Notes: generated by a model from the letters alone, not told the origin. A DNA stretch of 64,000 nt from Candidatus Omnitrophota bacterium (GCA_903944345.1 CAJARJ010000015.1:70433-134432), one strand, 5' to 3'. Counted from the first letter of the stretch, positions 9,246 to 18,796 are shown. Numbers and translations are program-made.

Positions 9246-10745
9246 TTATTCTCTTTCTCCGGGTAGAACGTCCTGATCCCGGTTTTCCCACCCGCCACCG
9301 AGTGACTGAAATAACGCAGCCGTATCCGACAGACGCGCGGCCTGCGCGCGCACCAAAGCAATGCTGGCTCTCTGATACTGCTGCTGCGCATTTAATACAA
9401 CCGAATAACTGATCGCGCCGGACTGAAACTGTTTACGCGCCAACATCAGCGACTCTTCCGCCGCCGAATATGCACTGGCCTGGGCTTTCAGGACAGAAGC
9501 GTCCGTCTCAAGAGCATGCAGAGTATCAGCTATATTCTGAAAAGCCCCAAGAACTGTTTGCCGGTAGTTGGCGGCCGCCTGATCAAAAGCCGCCTGCGCG
9601 CCTCTTTTCCTGGCACGCAGACTGCCGCCATTAAAAATCGGCTGCGTCAGCCCGCCAGCAAGGCTCCACACCAGACTTTCCCCTTTAAAAAGATTCTCCC
9701 AACGCCCGGCCTGCGGGCCGTAACTGCCGCCTAAAGTTATTTGCGGAAAAAGATTGGCCGTCGCCACCCCAACCCCGGCGCTGGCTACCTGCAAAAGCGC
9801 TTCCGCAGCCCGTATATCTGGACGCTGACGAGCAAAATCCGAAGGCAGCGATAACGGCAACTCAACCGGCAAAACAAAAGAGGAAAGTTCGAACTGCGCC
9901 AGGCTGCCGGATTCTGAAGGCAAACGCCCCAGCAATGTCGCCAGCTGATGCCTTGACCAGCCAAGTTCTTTCTCATATACCGGTAGTGTCGCACGCACAG
10001 CTTCCACCTCGGCCCGTAGCCCCAGGACTTCTGAACGGGATGCTCCCCCCAAAGCCTGCTGCTGCTCAATCAGCTCAAGCTGCTCTTTCTGAGCCGCAAT
10101 GATTTCTTTTGTCGCCTGCAGCTCTGCTCGCAATGCCGCTTCCCTGATAACCGTCGTCACAATATTTCCACCAAGTACAAGACGGGCAGCCTCCAGACGA
10201 AATTTCTCATAATCCACCCTGGCCTTCAACGCTTCGATCTCACGCCGGGCCCCGCCAAAGATATCAAAAGTATAGGAAACCGCTACCGAAGCACTGTGAA
10301 GATTAAGAATATTCCCTTCCCCGTCGGGCATCCCAAACGAAGCCGGAGAAGACTTAAAACGCGAGGAATCCAGCCCCAAAGAGGCGGCCGGGTAATTTTG
10401 ACTGCCGGTCCGCGCATTCACATTTTCCCTGGCTTCACGCAACGTCGCCTCTGCCGCAGAAAGAGTAGGACTATCCTCCAGGGCCTGACAGATCAAGGCA
10501 TCCAGTTCCACGGACTGAAACTTTGTCCACCACTGAGAAGAAATATCCATACCATCGACAAAATGCTGCGCCTCACCACCATGAACAGGTGCCGAATCGG
10601 TTTCTAATGGCAAGGGGGCGACCGTATATTCCCCGACTTCTGGCAAAAATCCCCCATGGAAATCCCTGCCCACAGAAACACAGCCGGGAAATACCGGCAA
10701 TAAAACCAACAAAACACCCCAAAGGATCTTGTTCATCTTTAACAT
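9246..10745 (-). CDS. Outer-membrane efflux factor (TolC/OprM/NodT family lipoprotein)
   Basis: 499 aa with a signal peptide and Cys (VFPGC) and the duplicated OEP repeat structure. Its ATG lies 2 nt after the tetR stop, indicating translational coupling. Confidence 0.85.
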   Translation of the reverse strand: MLKMNKILWGVLLVLLPVFPGCVSVGRDFHGGFLPEVGEYTVAPLPLETDSAPVHGGEAQHFVDGMDISSQWWTKFQSVELDALICQALEDSPTLSAAEATLREARENVNARTGSQNYPAASLGLDSSRFKSSPASFGMPDGEGNILNLHSASVAVSYTFDIFGGARREIEALKARVDYEKFRLEAARLVLGGNIVTTVIREAALRAELQATKEIIAAQKEQLELIEQQQALGGASRSEVLGLRAEVEAVRATLPVYEKELGWSRHQLATLLGRLPSESGSLAQFELSSFVLPVELPLSLPSDFARQRPDIRAAEALLQVASAGVGVATANLFPQITLGGSYGPQAGRWENLFKGESLVWSLAGGLTQPIFNGGSLRARKRGAQAAFDQAAANYRQTVLGAFQNIADTLHALETDASVLKAQASAYSAAEESLMLARKQFQSGAISYSVVLNAQQQYQRASIALVRAQAARLSDTAALFQSLGGGWENRDQDVLPGERE

Positions 10746-10747
10746 AG

Positions 10748-11314
10748 CTATTCTTTCCCGGATTCCATCTCGTCGATCATCTTTATCATTTCATTCTTGA
10801 TTCTTTTTCGCTGAACAGAAGTAAACGGGGCAATCTTGAACAACTCATTGAACATAAGGCCGTCCGAAGCCAACGCAACCACCGCTGCACGCTCAAAAGG
10901 CAGGCCAGATGCCTGCAGTTGATCAAAATAATCTTTATACCCCTGACGAACGGGATCCAGCAAATCCAGCGCCTCGGCCGTAGCCACCAGCAAGGAAAGC
11001 CTCATTCTTTCTTTTCTGGCGTTGCAATCCAGCACGGAGGCAACCCCTGCTTTCAGGAAACGCCCCTTCCCCTCGGGAAAATTCTTCAAATTATTTTCCC
11101 TCTCCTGAAAGAACTCCTTGACCATGCGATTGAGCATGGCCTTTAAAAGATCCGCTTTGCCCGGAAAGTGATATAAAAGCCCGCCCTTGCTGATTCCGGC
11201 TTTCTTTGCCACCACATCCAGAGACATATGTGCTGCCCCGACCTCCATCACCACAAACTCGGCTGCATCGAGAATCAGATCTTTACAATTGCCTTTGGAA
11301 TCAGGATGTTTCAT
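10748..11314 (-). CDS. TetR-family transcriptional repressor (first gene of the efflux operon)
   Basis: TetR HTH (LILDAAEFVVMEVGAAHMSLDVVAKKAGISKGGLLYHF). Start placed at the ATG at 11314 (MKHPDS) preceded by AAGGGG. Confidence 0.8.
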   Translation of the reverse strand: MKHPDSKGNCKDLILDAAEFVVMEVGAAHMSLDVVAKKAGISKGGLLYHFPGKADLLKAMLNRMVKEFFQERENNLKNFPEGKGRFLKAGVASVLDCNARKERMRLSLLVATAEALDLLDPVRQGYKDYFDQLQASGLPFERAAVVALASDGLMFNELFKIAPFTSVQRKRIKNEMIKMIDEMESGKE

Positions 11315-11329
11315 TCTGCCCCTTTGCAA

Positions 11330-11386
11330 ACAGATTAATCTGTAAAACTCCGAATACTATACCGTCCGGACGGTATAGTTGTCAAG
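11330..11386 (-). promoter_or_regulatory. tetR-efflux operon promoter with two palindromic operators
   Basis: Read on the minus strand the promoter is TTGACA (11385-11380) - 18 nt - TATAGT (11361-11356). A perfect 22-bp palindrome CTATACCGTCCGGACGGTATAG (11357-11378) fills the spacer and overlaps the -10. A perfect 14-bp palindrome ACAGATTAATCTGT (11330-11343) lies in the 5' UTR. Confidence 0.55.
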
Positions 11387-11483
11387 TCCCTGCCAGAACT
11401 CTCCATCCTGGCTACAAACAAAATGCCGCCGGAAGCATAAACCTCCGACGGCATTCCCCCTTGCACTCAATTTCTTTACGGCT

Positions 11484-13148
11484 CTAGAACGGCCACATGA
11501 CCAGTCCGCCATCCATCACCTTGACATTCGTAAACCCCTCTCCCTGGAGAATCATGGCGGCTTCATAACCCCGCAGCGATATTTTGCAAAAGGCTACGAT
11601 CTGCCTGTTCCGGGGCAGCTCAGCCCAACGCTGACGCAAACCTCCCAAAGGGATATTGACCACCGGGCCCAGCGTAAAAGGCATGGCTGCAACCTCTGCT
11701 GGCGAGCGAACATCCAGAAAAAGAATATTATCGCCGCGCTCAAGGCTCTCTTTGATCTCAACCGGAGTAATCCCCTCAAAAACACCGTCTATCTTGTTTC
11801 GTACAATATCACATGCGGTAATAATATTATCCATCGCCGGAGAATATGGCGGAGCATAGGCCAGATCCAGATGCGCCACATCGTCAACCGTCATCCGTGC
11901 GGTAATCGCTGTAGCGGCCACATCGACCCGCTTGTCTCCTTCTCCCGGGCCCACAACCTGCAAGCCAAGCAGTCGACGCGATTTTCTGTCGGCTATAACC
12001 TTGAGCATGATCGTCTTTGCCGCAGGATAATAATGCGCCTTGTCGGGAGCAGAACTCAACGCGGTAACAACCTCAAAACCCGCTTTGCGCGCCTGTTCCT
12101 CGCTCAATCCCGTACGGGCAACTGTATAATCAAAAACCTTGATCACAGCCGTTCCAAGGACCCCGGGGAAAACGTCATCTCCCCCGCAGACATTGACTGC
12201 CGCCACACGCCCCTGCTTGTTTGCGGTAGACCCCAACGGGACATAGCAGGGTTCTCCGCTGACAAGCTCTACTGCCTGTACGCAATCCCCTGCCGCATAA
12301 ATGTCCGGATCACTGGTCTGCATGTGTGCCGAAACTTTTATGCCTCCGGTCTTACCGATCTCAAGGCCAGCGTCTTTGGCCAGAAAAACATTGGGCCTGA
12401 CCCCGACCGCAACAATAACCATGTCACAAGGGATGTCCCCCTGATCGGTTTTGACTATCTGCGCGCTCCCGCTTCCTTCGAAAGACTGAACGGCAGTTGA
12501 GCAGCGGACCTTGACCCCTTTTGACTCCAGATGCCTGATCACATGCGCTACAAGCTCAGGGTCCATCATAGGTAAAATCGCAGGCAGCCTTTCGACTACC
12601 GTAATCCTGGCCCCATGCCGTGCCAGGGCCTCGGTCATCTCGATACCAATCAGTCCGCCTCCAACAATCACTACATCCCGGGCCTTGTTCTGCGCAACCG
12701 CTTCACGAATAGCTTCGGCGTCCTCAATTTTCTGCACCGAAAAAACATTGCTGAAGTCCATACCCGGTATTGGCGGCCTGACCGGATATGCTCCGGTTGC
12801 CAAAACCAGCTTGTCATACGCCAGTAACTGCTCTTGTCCGGACTTCAAATCACGAATCCGGATTGTCTTCTGCTGACGATCAATTCCAAGGGCTTCCGTT
12901 CGGTTAAGCACTCGCATGTTCTTGACATTCTGGAAAAATACCGGATCACGCACAACGCCTACAGGCGTACACATAAGTTCTTTCTGTTCCTTGACTTCTC
13001 CGGCAACGTAATAAGGAAGACCGCAACCGGCATATGACAGAAACTCGCCTTTCTCGACCAGTGTCACCTGTGCATCAGGCGCCAAACGACTGATCTTGGC
13101 TCCCGTCTTGGGGCCAGCCGCAACTCCTCCGATAATAACAACTTTCAT
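11484..13148 (-). CDS. CoA-disulfide reductase / NADH oxidase with C-terminal rhodanese domain
   Basis: Pyridine-nucleotide-disulfide oxidoreductase fold (MKVVIIGGVAAGPK, GGGLIGIE) plus a C-terminal rhodanese-like domain (FCKISLRGYEAAMILQGEGF). Start at the ATG at 13148 with an AAGGAGA RBS. Confidence 0.8.
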   Translation of the reverse strand: MKVVIIGGVAAGPKTGAKISRLAPDAQVTLVEKGEFLSYAGCGLPYYVAGEVKEQKELMCTPVGVVRDPVFFQNVKNMRVLNRTEALGIDRQQKTIRIRDLKSGQEQLLAYDKLVLATGAYPVRPPIPGMDFSNVFSVQKIEDAEAIREAVAQNKARDVVIVGGGLIGIEMTEALARHGARITVVERLPAILPMMDPELVAHVIRHLESKGVKVRCSTAVQSFEGSGSAQIVKTDQGDIPCDMVIVAVGVRPNVFLAKDAGLEIGKTGGIKVSAHMQTSDPDIYAAGDCVQAVELVSGEPCYVPLGSTANKQGRVAAVNVCGGDDVFPGVLGTAVIKVFDYTVARTGLSEEQARKAGFEVVTALSSAPDKAHYYPAAKTIMLKVIADRKSRRLLGLQVVGPGEGDKRVDVAATAITARMTVDDVAHLDLAYAPPYSPAMDNIITACDIVRNKIDGVFEGITPVEIKESLERGDNILFLDVRSPAEVAAMPFTLGPVVNIPLGGLRQRWAELPRNRQIVAFCKISLRGYEAAMILQGEGFTNVKVMDGGLVMWPF

Positions 13149-13165
13149 CTGCTCTCCTTTGTATT

Positions 13166-14179
13166 TCAATTTCTTGCTGGAGAAACCTCCGGCACCCCGG
13201 ATTCGCCAAAGACCCGATCAGTCAGCCGGACATACCATGCCGCAGACTGCACCTGCACGATATAAGCAAAACAAATCACCAAGGCGGCATCCGTACCATG
13301 CGCCCCGAATGAATTCATGGCAATCGCCAAAGCAATTGACAGATTACGCATAACAGTTCCATAAACAAAAGCAATGGCATCCTTTCTTGAAAAATATTTT
13401 CTGGCCAACAGGGTACTAATCATATAATTCAATACATACAGCAGAATCACAGGAATCAGTATTGTAACAATTTCACCGGGATGCCCCCAGATAGCCCTGG
13501 CTTTGAGTGCAATCGCAATAAAGATGACACCAAGCACCCCTGCCGTTGACAAGGATGACAGCGATGGCACAATTCTCGTTTTAAAAAGCTCCGCGCCTTT
13601 CTTTCTCAGCAAATACTGCCGCGTCAACTGCCCCAACAGCATGGGAAGAAAAACAACCAGCATAATCTGCTTTATAATGTCCGGCACATTGACAGCAATA
13701 TCGGCTCCCAACAACCACTTGATATAAACAGGTGTCAGAAAGGAACCCGCGGTCAGCCCAATCACGGTCATCTTGACCGCCGCTTCAACATTGCCTTTTG
13801 CAAATCCTGTCCAGGAAATAGTCATCCCGCTGGTAGGCAAAAGTCCCGCCAGCAAGAATCCCAGAACATAGTATGCCTGTGCGCCGAAAAACACTTTACC
13901 TATAAGAAGAGCAACAAAAGGAAGCAGGGCAAAATTAAGAATCTGAGCCGCGATCTGCAGACGCAAATCTCCGATAGCCAGAACTTTCTGCATATTCAGA
14001 TTAACCATCATCGGATAGACCATTAATATGGTCATCGGGATAATGCCTGCCTTAAGGACAGAAGATTCAAAAACGTTCCCCCATACAAAACCAATCAACA
14101 TAACCACAGGAATCGCCATAACCAGTCGCTTGGTAACCCACATCAACACATTTTCAATTTTACAAATAATATTACCCAT
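13166..14179 (-). CDS. ACR3 / bile-acid:sodium-symporter-superfamily transporter (arsenite-efflux-like)
   Basis: 337 aa with about 10 TM segments. Motifs VYPMMVNL and ISWTGFAKGN resemble ACR3 (MYPPLAKV, VWNDLAKGD). AAGGAGA RBS before the ATG at 14179. Confidence 0.5.
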   Translation of the reverse strand: MGNIICKIENVLMWVTKRLVMAIPVVMLIGFVWGNVFESSVLKAGIIPMTILMVYPMMVNLNMQKVLAIGDLRLQIAAQILNFALLPFVALLIGKVFFGAQAYYVLGFLLAGLLPTSGMTISWTGFAKGNVEAAVKMTVIGLTAGSFLTPVYIKWLLGADIAVNVPDIIKQIMLVVFLPMLLGQLTRQYLLRKKGAELFKTRIVPSLSSLSTAGVLGVIFIAIALKARAIWGHPGEIVTILIPVILLYVLNYMISTLLARKYFSRKDAIAFVYGTVMRNLSIALAIAMNSFGAHGTDAALVICFAYIVQVQSAAWYVRLTDRVFGESGVPEVSPARN

Positions 14180-14306
14180 CAGACTTCTCCTTAGCCCCGA
14201 ACTTCTGCTTTAGACAAACGTTTCCTGTTAGAATGTCATCCTTAATTACTGGCATATGCCAATAATAGCTTATAAAAAAACTTGTCAAGCCCTGGCTCAA
14301 ACAAGT

Positions 14307-15029
14307 TTAGACCCGCTCACCAACATCCATCACATCTCCCTCTCGCAAGCAAATATAATTGTCCCCGTAGACGCGCCCGAACTCCTCGACAGCAAAGCCT
14401 CCCGTGCAGTGCAAGGGAGCGACAGACAAAACCCCGAAACCCGCCAGGCATTCAATGATCGCCCGGATCTCATGCTGATCCATATCCTTCAAATGAAAAC
14501 CGCCAACAATAACACCTATATCATCACCGAAATTACTTCTTACTGCCCGCAGAATATCGGCCAGACAAGGATGCGCGCACCCGGTCACAACTCCAAGCGA
14601 CAGATTGTCCCGGATAACCAGCGACTGTTCGTACAAAACCCCCCGCGGCGAATGACCTGTCAATTCCCCTGTTGTATAAACCCCCTCACGAATCAAGACC
14701 GGCTCCGGCGTTTCGACAAGCTTGACCCCGTATGAACGAATCCGATCCTTCAGATCCTGATTAAAATGCGGCCCGACATAAACCGCCAGATTCTTGTACG
14801 TCTCAATCACCGGCCAAAGCCCGGCAATATGATCCCAATCATCATGTGAGATGACCACATGCCGCACTCTGGAGAGATCAATCCGGAACTTGCGCACGTT
14901 GTGCATAAAAACATCACCATCCCCGAATGTATCAAAAAGAACATCCTCACCAATCAAGAATGAAATCCCCCAGCGCCTGGCCATGCGTTGCTCTTTGGTC
15001 GATCCTTCTGCAATCAGGGTAACTTTCAT
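14307..15029 (-). CDS. Metallo-beta-lactamase-fold hydrolase
   Basis: 240 aa with the HxHxDH motif (ISHDDWDHIAG). Overlaps the upstream MinD-like gene by 4 bp, implying co-transcription. Confidence 0.7.
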   Translation of the reverse strand: MKVTLIAEGSTKEQRMARRWGISFLIGEDVLFDTFGDGDVFMHNVRKFRIDLSRVRHVVISHDDWDHIAGLWPVIETYKNLAVYVGPHFNQDLKDRIRSYGVKLVETPEPVLIREGVYTTGELTGHSPRGVLYEQSLVIRDNLSLGVVTGCAHPCLADILRAVRSNFGDDIGVIVGGFHLKDMDQHEIRAIIECLAGFGVLSVAPLHCTGGFAVEEFGRVYGDNYICLREGDVMDVGERV

Positions 15030-15916
15030 ACGGCCTCTTTGTTTCTTTCAGATGCCCCGGTTACAATCTGACTCAGATTTTGCCAGACATCAGCAACAGC
15101 CGATTTAACCACCTCAGCAGCCCCTTCCATAACCGTCTTGCCCGACACAACACAGTCAACAACGGACCGGTCAAAAGGCACCCGTCCTGCAATAGCCACC
15201 CCATTGTCCAGGCAATATCTCTCGATCGTTTCTGTTACTGCGGGATTGATGTCCCACTTGTTCACCGCAAGCAAAACAGGAATCCTGAAATGTTTCCCCA
15301 GGTCGATCACCCGCGCCGCATCGTGCAAACCCGAACAGGTGGGCTCGCTTACCAGTAAAACCGCATCAACACCTGACAAAGACGCCATAACCGGACACCC
15401 GATCCCTGGCGGACCGTCGATAATAACCCAATCCCTTTTCCCGGCTATCGCGAGTTCTTTGCCCCGCTGCCGGATTCGGGCCACCAGTTTTCCCGAGTTC
15501 TCCTCGCCGGCACCCAGGCGCGCATGCACCATGGTTCCAAAACGTGTCCTGGAAACAAACCATTCTCCACACATATTCTCTGCCATCCTGATAGCCTGTA
15601 CGGGACAAAGCCTCGCACACAACCCGCACCCTTCGCACGCCCCTGGATCAACCTGCAAGTCTTTTGTTATCGCTCCAAACCGGCAAACCTCAAAACAACG
15701 GGCACAGCGGACACAAGCTCCCGAATCAATACACGCTTTATGTCCACTTCGAAACTCATGACGCTCTATAATCTCGGGTTCCAAAAGAAGATGCAGATCC
15801 GCCGCATCGACATCGCAATCAACCAGAAGCTTGTTATCCACAAATGCGGCCAGAGCGCCAGTCATCACAGTCTTTCCCGTGCCACCTTTCCCGCTAAGAA
15901 CAACGATCTGTTTCAT
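15026..15916 (-). CDS. MinD/ParA-superfamily P-loop ATPase with inserted 4Fe-4S ferredoxin domain
   Basis: Deviant Walker A (GKGGTGKT) plus two CxxCxxCxxxCP ferredoxin motifs (CVRCARCFEVC, CEGCGLCARLCP). Confidence 0.75.
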   Translation of the reverse strand: MKQIVVLSGKGGTGKTVMTGALAAFVDNKLLVDCDVDAADLHLLLEPEIIERHEFRSGHKACIDSGACVRCARCFEVCRFGAITKDLQVDPGACEGCGLCARLCPVQAIRMAENMCGEWFVSRTRFGTMVHARLGAGEENSGKLVARIRQRGKELAIAGKRDWVIIDGPPGIGCPVMASLSGVDAVLLVSEPTCSGLHDAARVIDLGKHFRIPVLLAVNKWDINPAVTETIERYCLDNGVAIAGRVPFDRSVVDCVVSGKTVMEGAAEVVKSAVADVWQNLSQIVTGASERNKEAV

Positions 15917-16760
15917 CTTTCACCCTGAGGATATTCTTATATAGCTCATGAAACAGCCCGGCCATAGCCAAAGACTTGTCGACAAGCGTTTCACCACCTG
16001 AATAACACACCGCAATCTCACGAGCAAATGGAATCCTGGCCAAAACCGGAATATGTTCTACGCGGCAATAATTCTCGACAGCATCGTTTCCCAACCCTGC
16101 CCGATTAATGACGACCCCAAACGGAATCTTCATCTGACGCACAACAGCAACGGCCAGCACAAGATCATGCAAGCCAAACGGTGTCGGCTCGGTAACCATA
16201 AGACAAAAGTCAACGCCTCTGATTGCTGCAACAACCGGACAGGATGTTCCCGGCGGGGCGTCAATAATTGTAAGCCCCCGTGAATCAGCGAGCTCCTTCA
16301 CCCGCCGGATAAGAACCGGCGAGAGAACCTCGCCAACATTCATCTTGCCGTGTGCAAAGGAAACAGACCCCCGTGTTCCTTTCTGGATTATTCCGATACT
16401 CCTGCGGTTCTCATGAATGGCACCTGTCGGACACAACAGGCTGCAGGCACCGCAAGCATGACATAGATGAGGAAAAACAAGCGGCTGAGGATTTTTGTCA
16501 ATGCCTGGAATAACAGCAATGGCATGATAGGCACAAACCCGGGCACATTCGCCGCAGCCTGTACAGCGACTGACATCGACCTCCGGCACCGGAACTGTAA
16601 CGGGGGTTTCTTCCCGCCATTCCGGCTTGAGGAACAAATGCGCATTAGGCTCCTCGACATCGCAGTCCAGCAAGCAAACAGAACCCGCCACCAGTGCCAG
16701 ATTCACCGCCACAGTTGTTTTTCCAGTCCCGCCCTTGCCGCTGGCCACAGCAATAATCAT
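15894..16760 (-). CDS. MinD/ParA-superfamily P-loop ATPase with inserted 4Fe-4S ferredoxin domain (paralog)
   Basis: GKGGTGKTT Walker A plus CTGCGECARVC and CHACGACSLLCP. Paralog of the adjacent gene. Confidence 0.75.
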   Translation of the reverse strand: MIIAVASGKGGTGKTTVAVNLALVAGSVCLLDCDVEEPNAHLFLKPEWREETPVTVPVPEVDVSRCTGCGECARVCAYHAIAVIPGIDKNPQPLVFPHLCHACGACSLLCPTGAIHENRRSIGIIQKGTRGSVSFAHGKMNVGEVLSPVLIRRVKELADSRGLTIIDAPPGTSCPVVAAIRGVDFCLMVTEPTPFGLHDLVLAVAVVRQMKIPFGVVINRAGLGNDAVENYCRVEHIPVLARIPFAREIAVCYSGGETLVDKSLAMAGLFHELYKNILRVKDETDRCS

Positions 16761-17125
16761 CGCCCGGGCACCGGCTTCGACCTGGCATCTTCTGCTTGCG
16801 CCCGCTGAAGCTTACCGGATCGGTAAGCCTCCGCCGCGTCTTTAACCGTTCCTGCCGAACCAATGAAAATCTCCACCCCGGCCGCATTTAGTACCCCGAA
16901 TGCATTCGGCCCAACATGCCCGGTGATCACAGCCGTCACCCCTTTTGAGGCAACCAGCTGTGCCGACTGAATCCCCGCGCCCCCTGAGGTTTCGATATTC
17001 GGATTGGAGACAGCCTCAATCGCACCGGACTCAAGATCAAAAATAACAAAAGTCTGACATCGTCCAAACCTCGGGTCAACCTGCGAGCCGAGTTCGGCAC
17101 CTGAAGCTGTAATACATACTTTCAT
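16757..17125 (-). CDS. Dinitrogenase FeMo-cofactor-binding-domain protein (NifX/NifB-like)
   Basis: Start reassigned to the ATG at 17125 with an AAGAGG RBS. Domain signature MKVCITASGAELGSQVDPRFGRCQTFVIFD ... ITGHVGPNAF. Confidence 0.7.
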   Translation of the reverse strand: MKVCITASGAELGSQVDPRFGRCQTFVIFDLESGAIEAVSNPNIETSGGAGIQSAQLVASKGVTAVITGHVGPNAFGVLNAAGVEIFIGSAGTVKDAAEAYRSGKLQRAQAEDARSKPVPGR

Positions 17126-17144
17126 CCTAACCTCTTTTCGACGA

Positions 17145-17528
17145 TTAATGCTGACATGAATGTCCGCCCTCACCATGCCCTTTGCAAGGCTCAATGCCTC
17201 CAAGTTCATTCTTAAGGAGGGCGTCAAGACCTGCCCGGACTTTTCCTTCGAAACCAAAAATTTTGACCCCTTTCATGGCAAACTTCTGCTGTGCCCCCAT
17301 CCCCATTCCTCCCGCGATCACATGAGTGATATCATGACTGACAATGGCATCAACTGCCTTACACCCGCCACCACCATGCTGCTCCGGATTTGGCACTATC
17401 CTCGACCCGGCCAGAGTCTTGCCGTCCGCAGCAATATCCACAATCAAAAAACTCGGACAATGCCCGAAATGCGCCGACACCATTCCATCCAAACCCTGTT
17501 CATCTTCCAGCACAACTCCTATTCGCAT
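17145..17528 (-). CDS. Dinitrogenase FeMo-cofactor-binding-domain protein (NifX-like) with Cys/His-rich C-terminal tail
   Basis: Start at the ATG at 17528 with an AAGAGG RBS. MRIGVVLEDEQGLDGMVSAHFGHCPSFLIVD ... AGGMGMGA. C-terminus is CKGHGEGGHSCQH. Confidence 0.7.
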   Translation of the reverse strand: MRIGVVLEDEQGLDGMVSAHFGHCPSFLIVDIAADGKTLAGSRIVPNPEQHGGGGCKAVDAIVSHDITHVIAGGMGMGAQQKFAMKGVKIFGFEGKVRAGLDALLKNELGGIEPCKGHGEGGHSCQH

Positions 17529-17567
17529 ACTCGCCTCTTTCTTTCCCTGATAACACATTGAAGTAGA

Positions 17568-17582
17568 TGGAAACAATTTCCA
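17568..17582. promoter_or_regulatory. Palindromic operator TGGAAACAATTTCCA upstream of the NifX-like/MinD-Fd operon
   Basis: 7-1-7 inverted repeat with one mismatch, 40 bp upstream of the ATG at 17528. Near-identical to the site at 18091-18105. Confidence 0.45.
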
Positions 17583-17600
17583 TTAACTATTTAAAAAAAA

Positions 17601-18077
17601 CTAAGGCTGATCCCTCAGACAATCCTTGCACACGCCATAAAACTGGATCATATGATTATCAATCCTGAAATTATACTTTTGCGACAGCCCCTTTTCTGTC
17701 CGGCGCAAAAGCTCCAATTCATCGTCGATAAAATCGGTATAATCGATCACCCTTTTGCATTCCGTGCAAACCAGATGATGATGGTGATGCTCACCCTTGG
17801 GGCCTTGCGTCAGCTCATAACGGGATTTACCGTCGCCGAAGTCGAACCTGGAAACAAGTCCCGCCTGAGCCAGCATATCCAGCGTTCGATAAATCGTTGT
17901 CAGGCCAACGTTGGGGAAACGCGCATGTATACGGGAATAAACATCCTCGGCGCTTAAATGGTCATGCGTGGCTGCCAGAGTGTCAATGATGGCCTCGCGT
18001 CCAGCCGTAATTCTGTAACCACAATCCTTGACCTTGCCATGCCACCATTGCGAACCACATCTTTTTTGACAAGGCAT
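17601..18077 (-). CDS. Fur-family metalloregulator (Fur/Zur/PerR-like)
   Basis: Fur fold (ITAGREAIIDTLAATHDHLSAEDVYSRI), an HHHHH-L-CxxC motif and a C-terminal CxxC. AAGGAGA RBS before the ATG at 18077. Confidence 0.8.
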   Translation of the reverse strand: MPCQKRCGSQWWHGKVKDCGYRITAGREAIIDTLAATHDHLSAEDVYSRIHARFPNVGLTTIYRTLDMLAQAGLVSRFDFGDGKSRYELTQGPKGEHHHHHLVCTECKRVIDYTDFIDDELELLRRTEKGLSQKYNFRIDNHMIQFYGVCKDCLRDQP

Positions 18078-18090
18078 ACATTCTCCTTAA

Positions 18091-18105
18091 TGGAAACAGT
18101 TTCCA
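18091..18105. promoter_or_regulatory. Perfect 7-1-7 palindrome TGGAAACAGTTTCCA upstream of the Fur-family gene
   Basis: 14 bp upstream of the fur-like ATG. Same motif as 17568-17582. Architecture resembles Zur/Fur boxes. Confidence 0.45.
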
Positions 18106-18175
18106 ATAATAACCGGACACGCTATTTTTGTCAATCAAAGAATAGAACCGGCATTCTCCTTTTGCGGCTACGCCA

Positions 18176-18796
18176 TCACACTTTTGCTGTCACCAGAAAT
18201 ATCCCGAAAATACGTTCGGCCCCGTTACCTGCGGGCCTGGTAACTCTGGCAGCTGAAGAAAAGCTGATCTCACTAAAGCCCGCCTCCTGCAAAACAACTG
18301 TCAGCTTCTCGTGCTTAAAACCATGATGAAAGACTCCTGTATTATCGGCATGAAACAACCCGTCTTCTTCATCCAGATCGGCCAGAGCAATCCTTCCTCC
18401 CGGCCGCAAAACTGCCTTGAACTGCGCCAAAAGCCTGGCAATATCCTGGATATGATGCAAAGTCATGCTGCTGACAACAAGATCGTAGACCCCCTCAAGT
18501 TGCTCCCCTTTGGTCAGGTCAGCCTGGACGGCTTCAAGATTCCCGATACCTGACAAACGGGCTTTCTCCCTGAGAACCGCCAGCATGCCTTCTGAACTGT
18601 CCAGCGCAGTTATCGTGCGCACAAAGGGTGCTACCAGAAGCGAAACCAGACCTGTCCCGCACCCGAAGTCCAGGACATCCATGTGCGGCCCGGGGCTGAC
18701 CCGCTGTAAAACAGCCGCAGCAATATCCCGGGCCAGACTGATTCGCATCGGAGTATCCCAGGCTGCCGCTTCCTTGTCAAAATTTCGTGTCTCCAT
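18176..18796 (-). CDS. Class I SAM-dependent methyltransferase
   Basis: Motif I VLDFGCGTGLVS (Methyltransf_11/25-like). Confidence 0.75.
   Translation of the reverse strand: METRNFDKEAAAWDTPMRISLARDIAAAVLQRVSPGPHMDVLDFGCGTGLVSLLVAPFVRTITALDSSEGMLAVLREKARLSGIGNLEAVQADLTKGEQLEGVYDLVVSSMTLHHIQDIARLLAQFKAVLRPGGRIALADLDEEDGLFHADNTGVFHHGFKHEKLTVVLQEAGFSEISFSSAARVTRPAGNGAERIFGIFLVTAKV

Noticed and set aside
11379-12500. 373-aa plus-strand ORF antisense to the CoA-disulfide reductase gene
   Set aside because: It lies antisense to a well-supported flavoprotein disulfide reductase, has no RBS and no recognisable domain.
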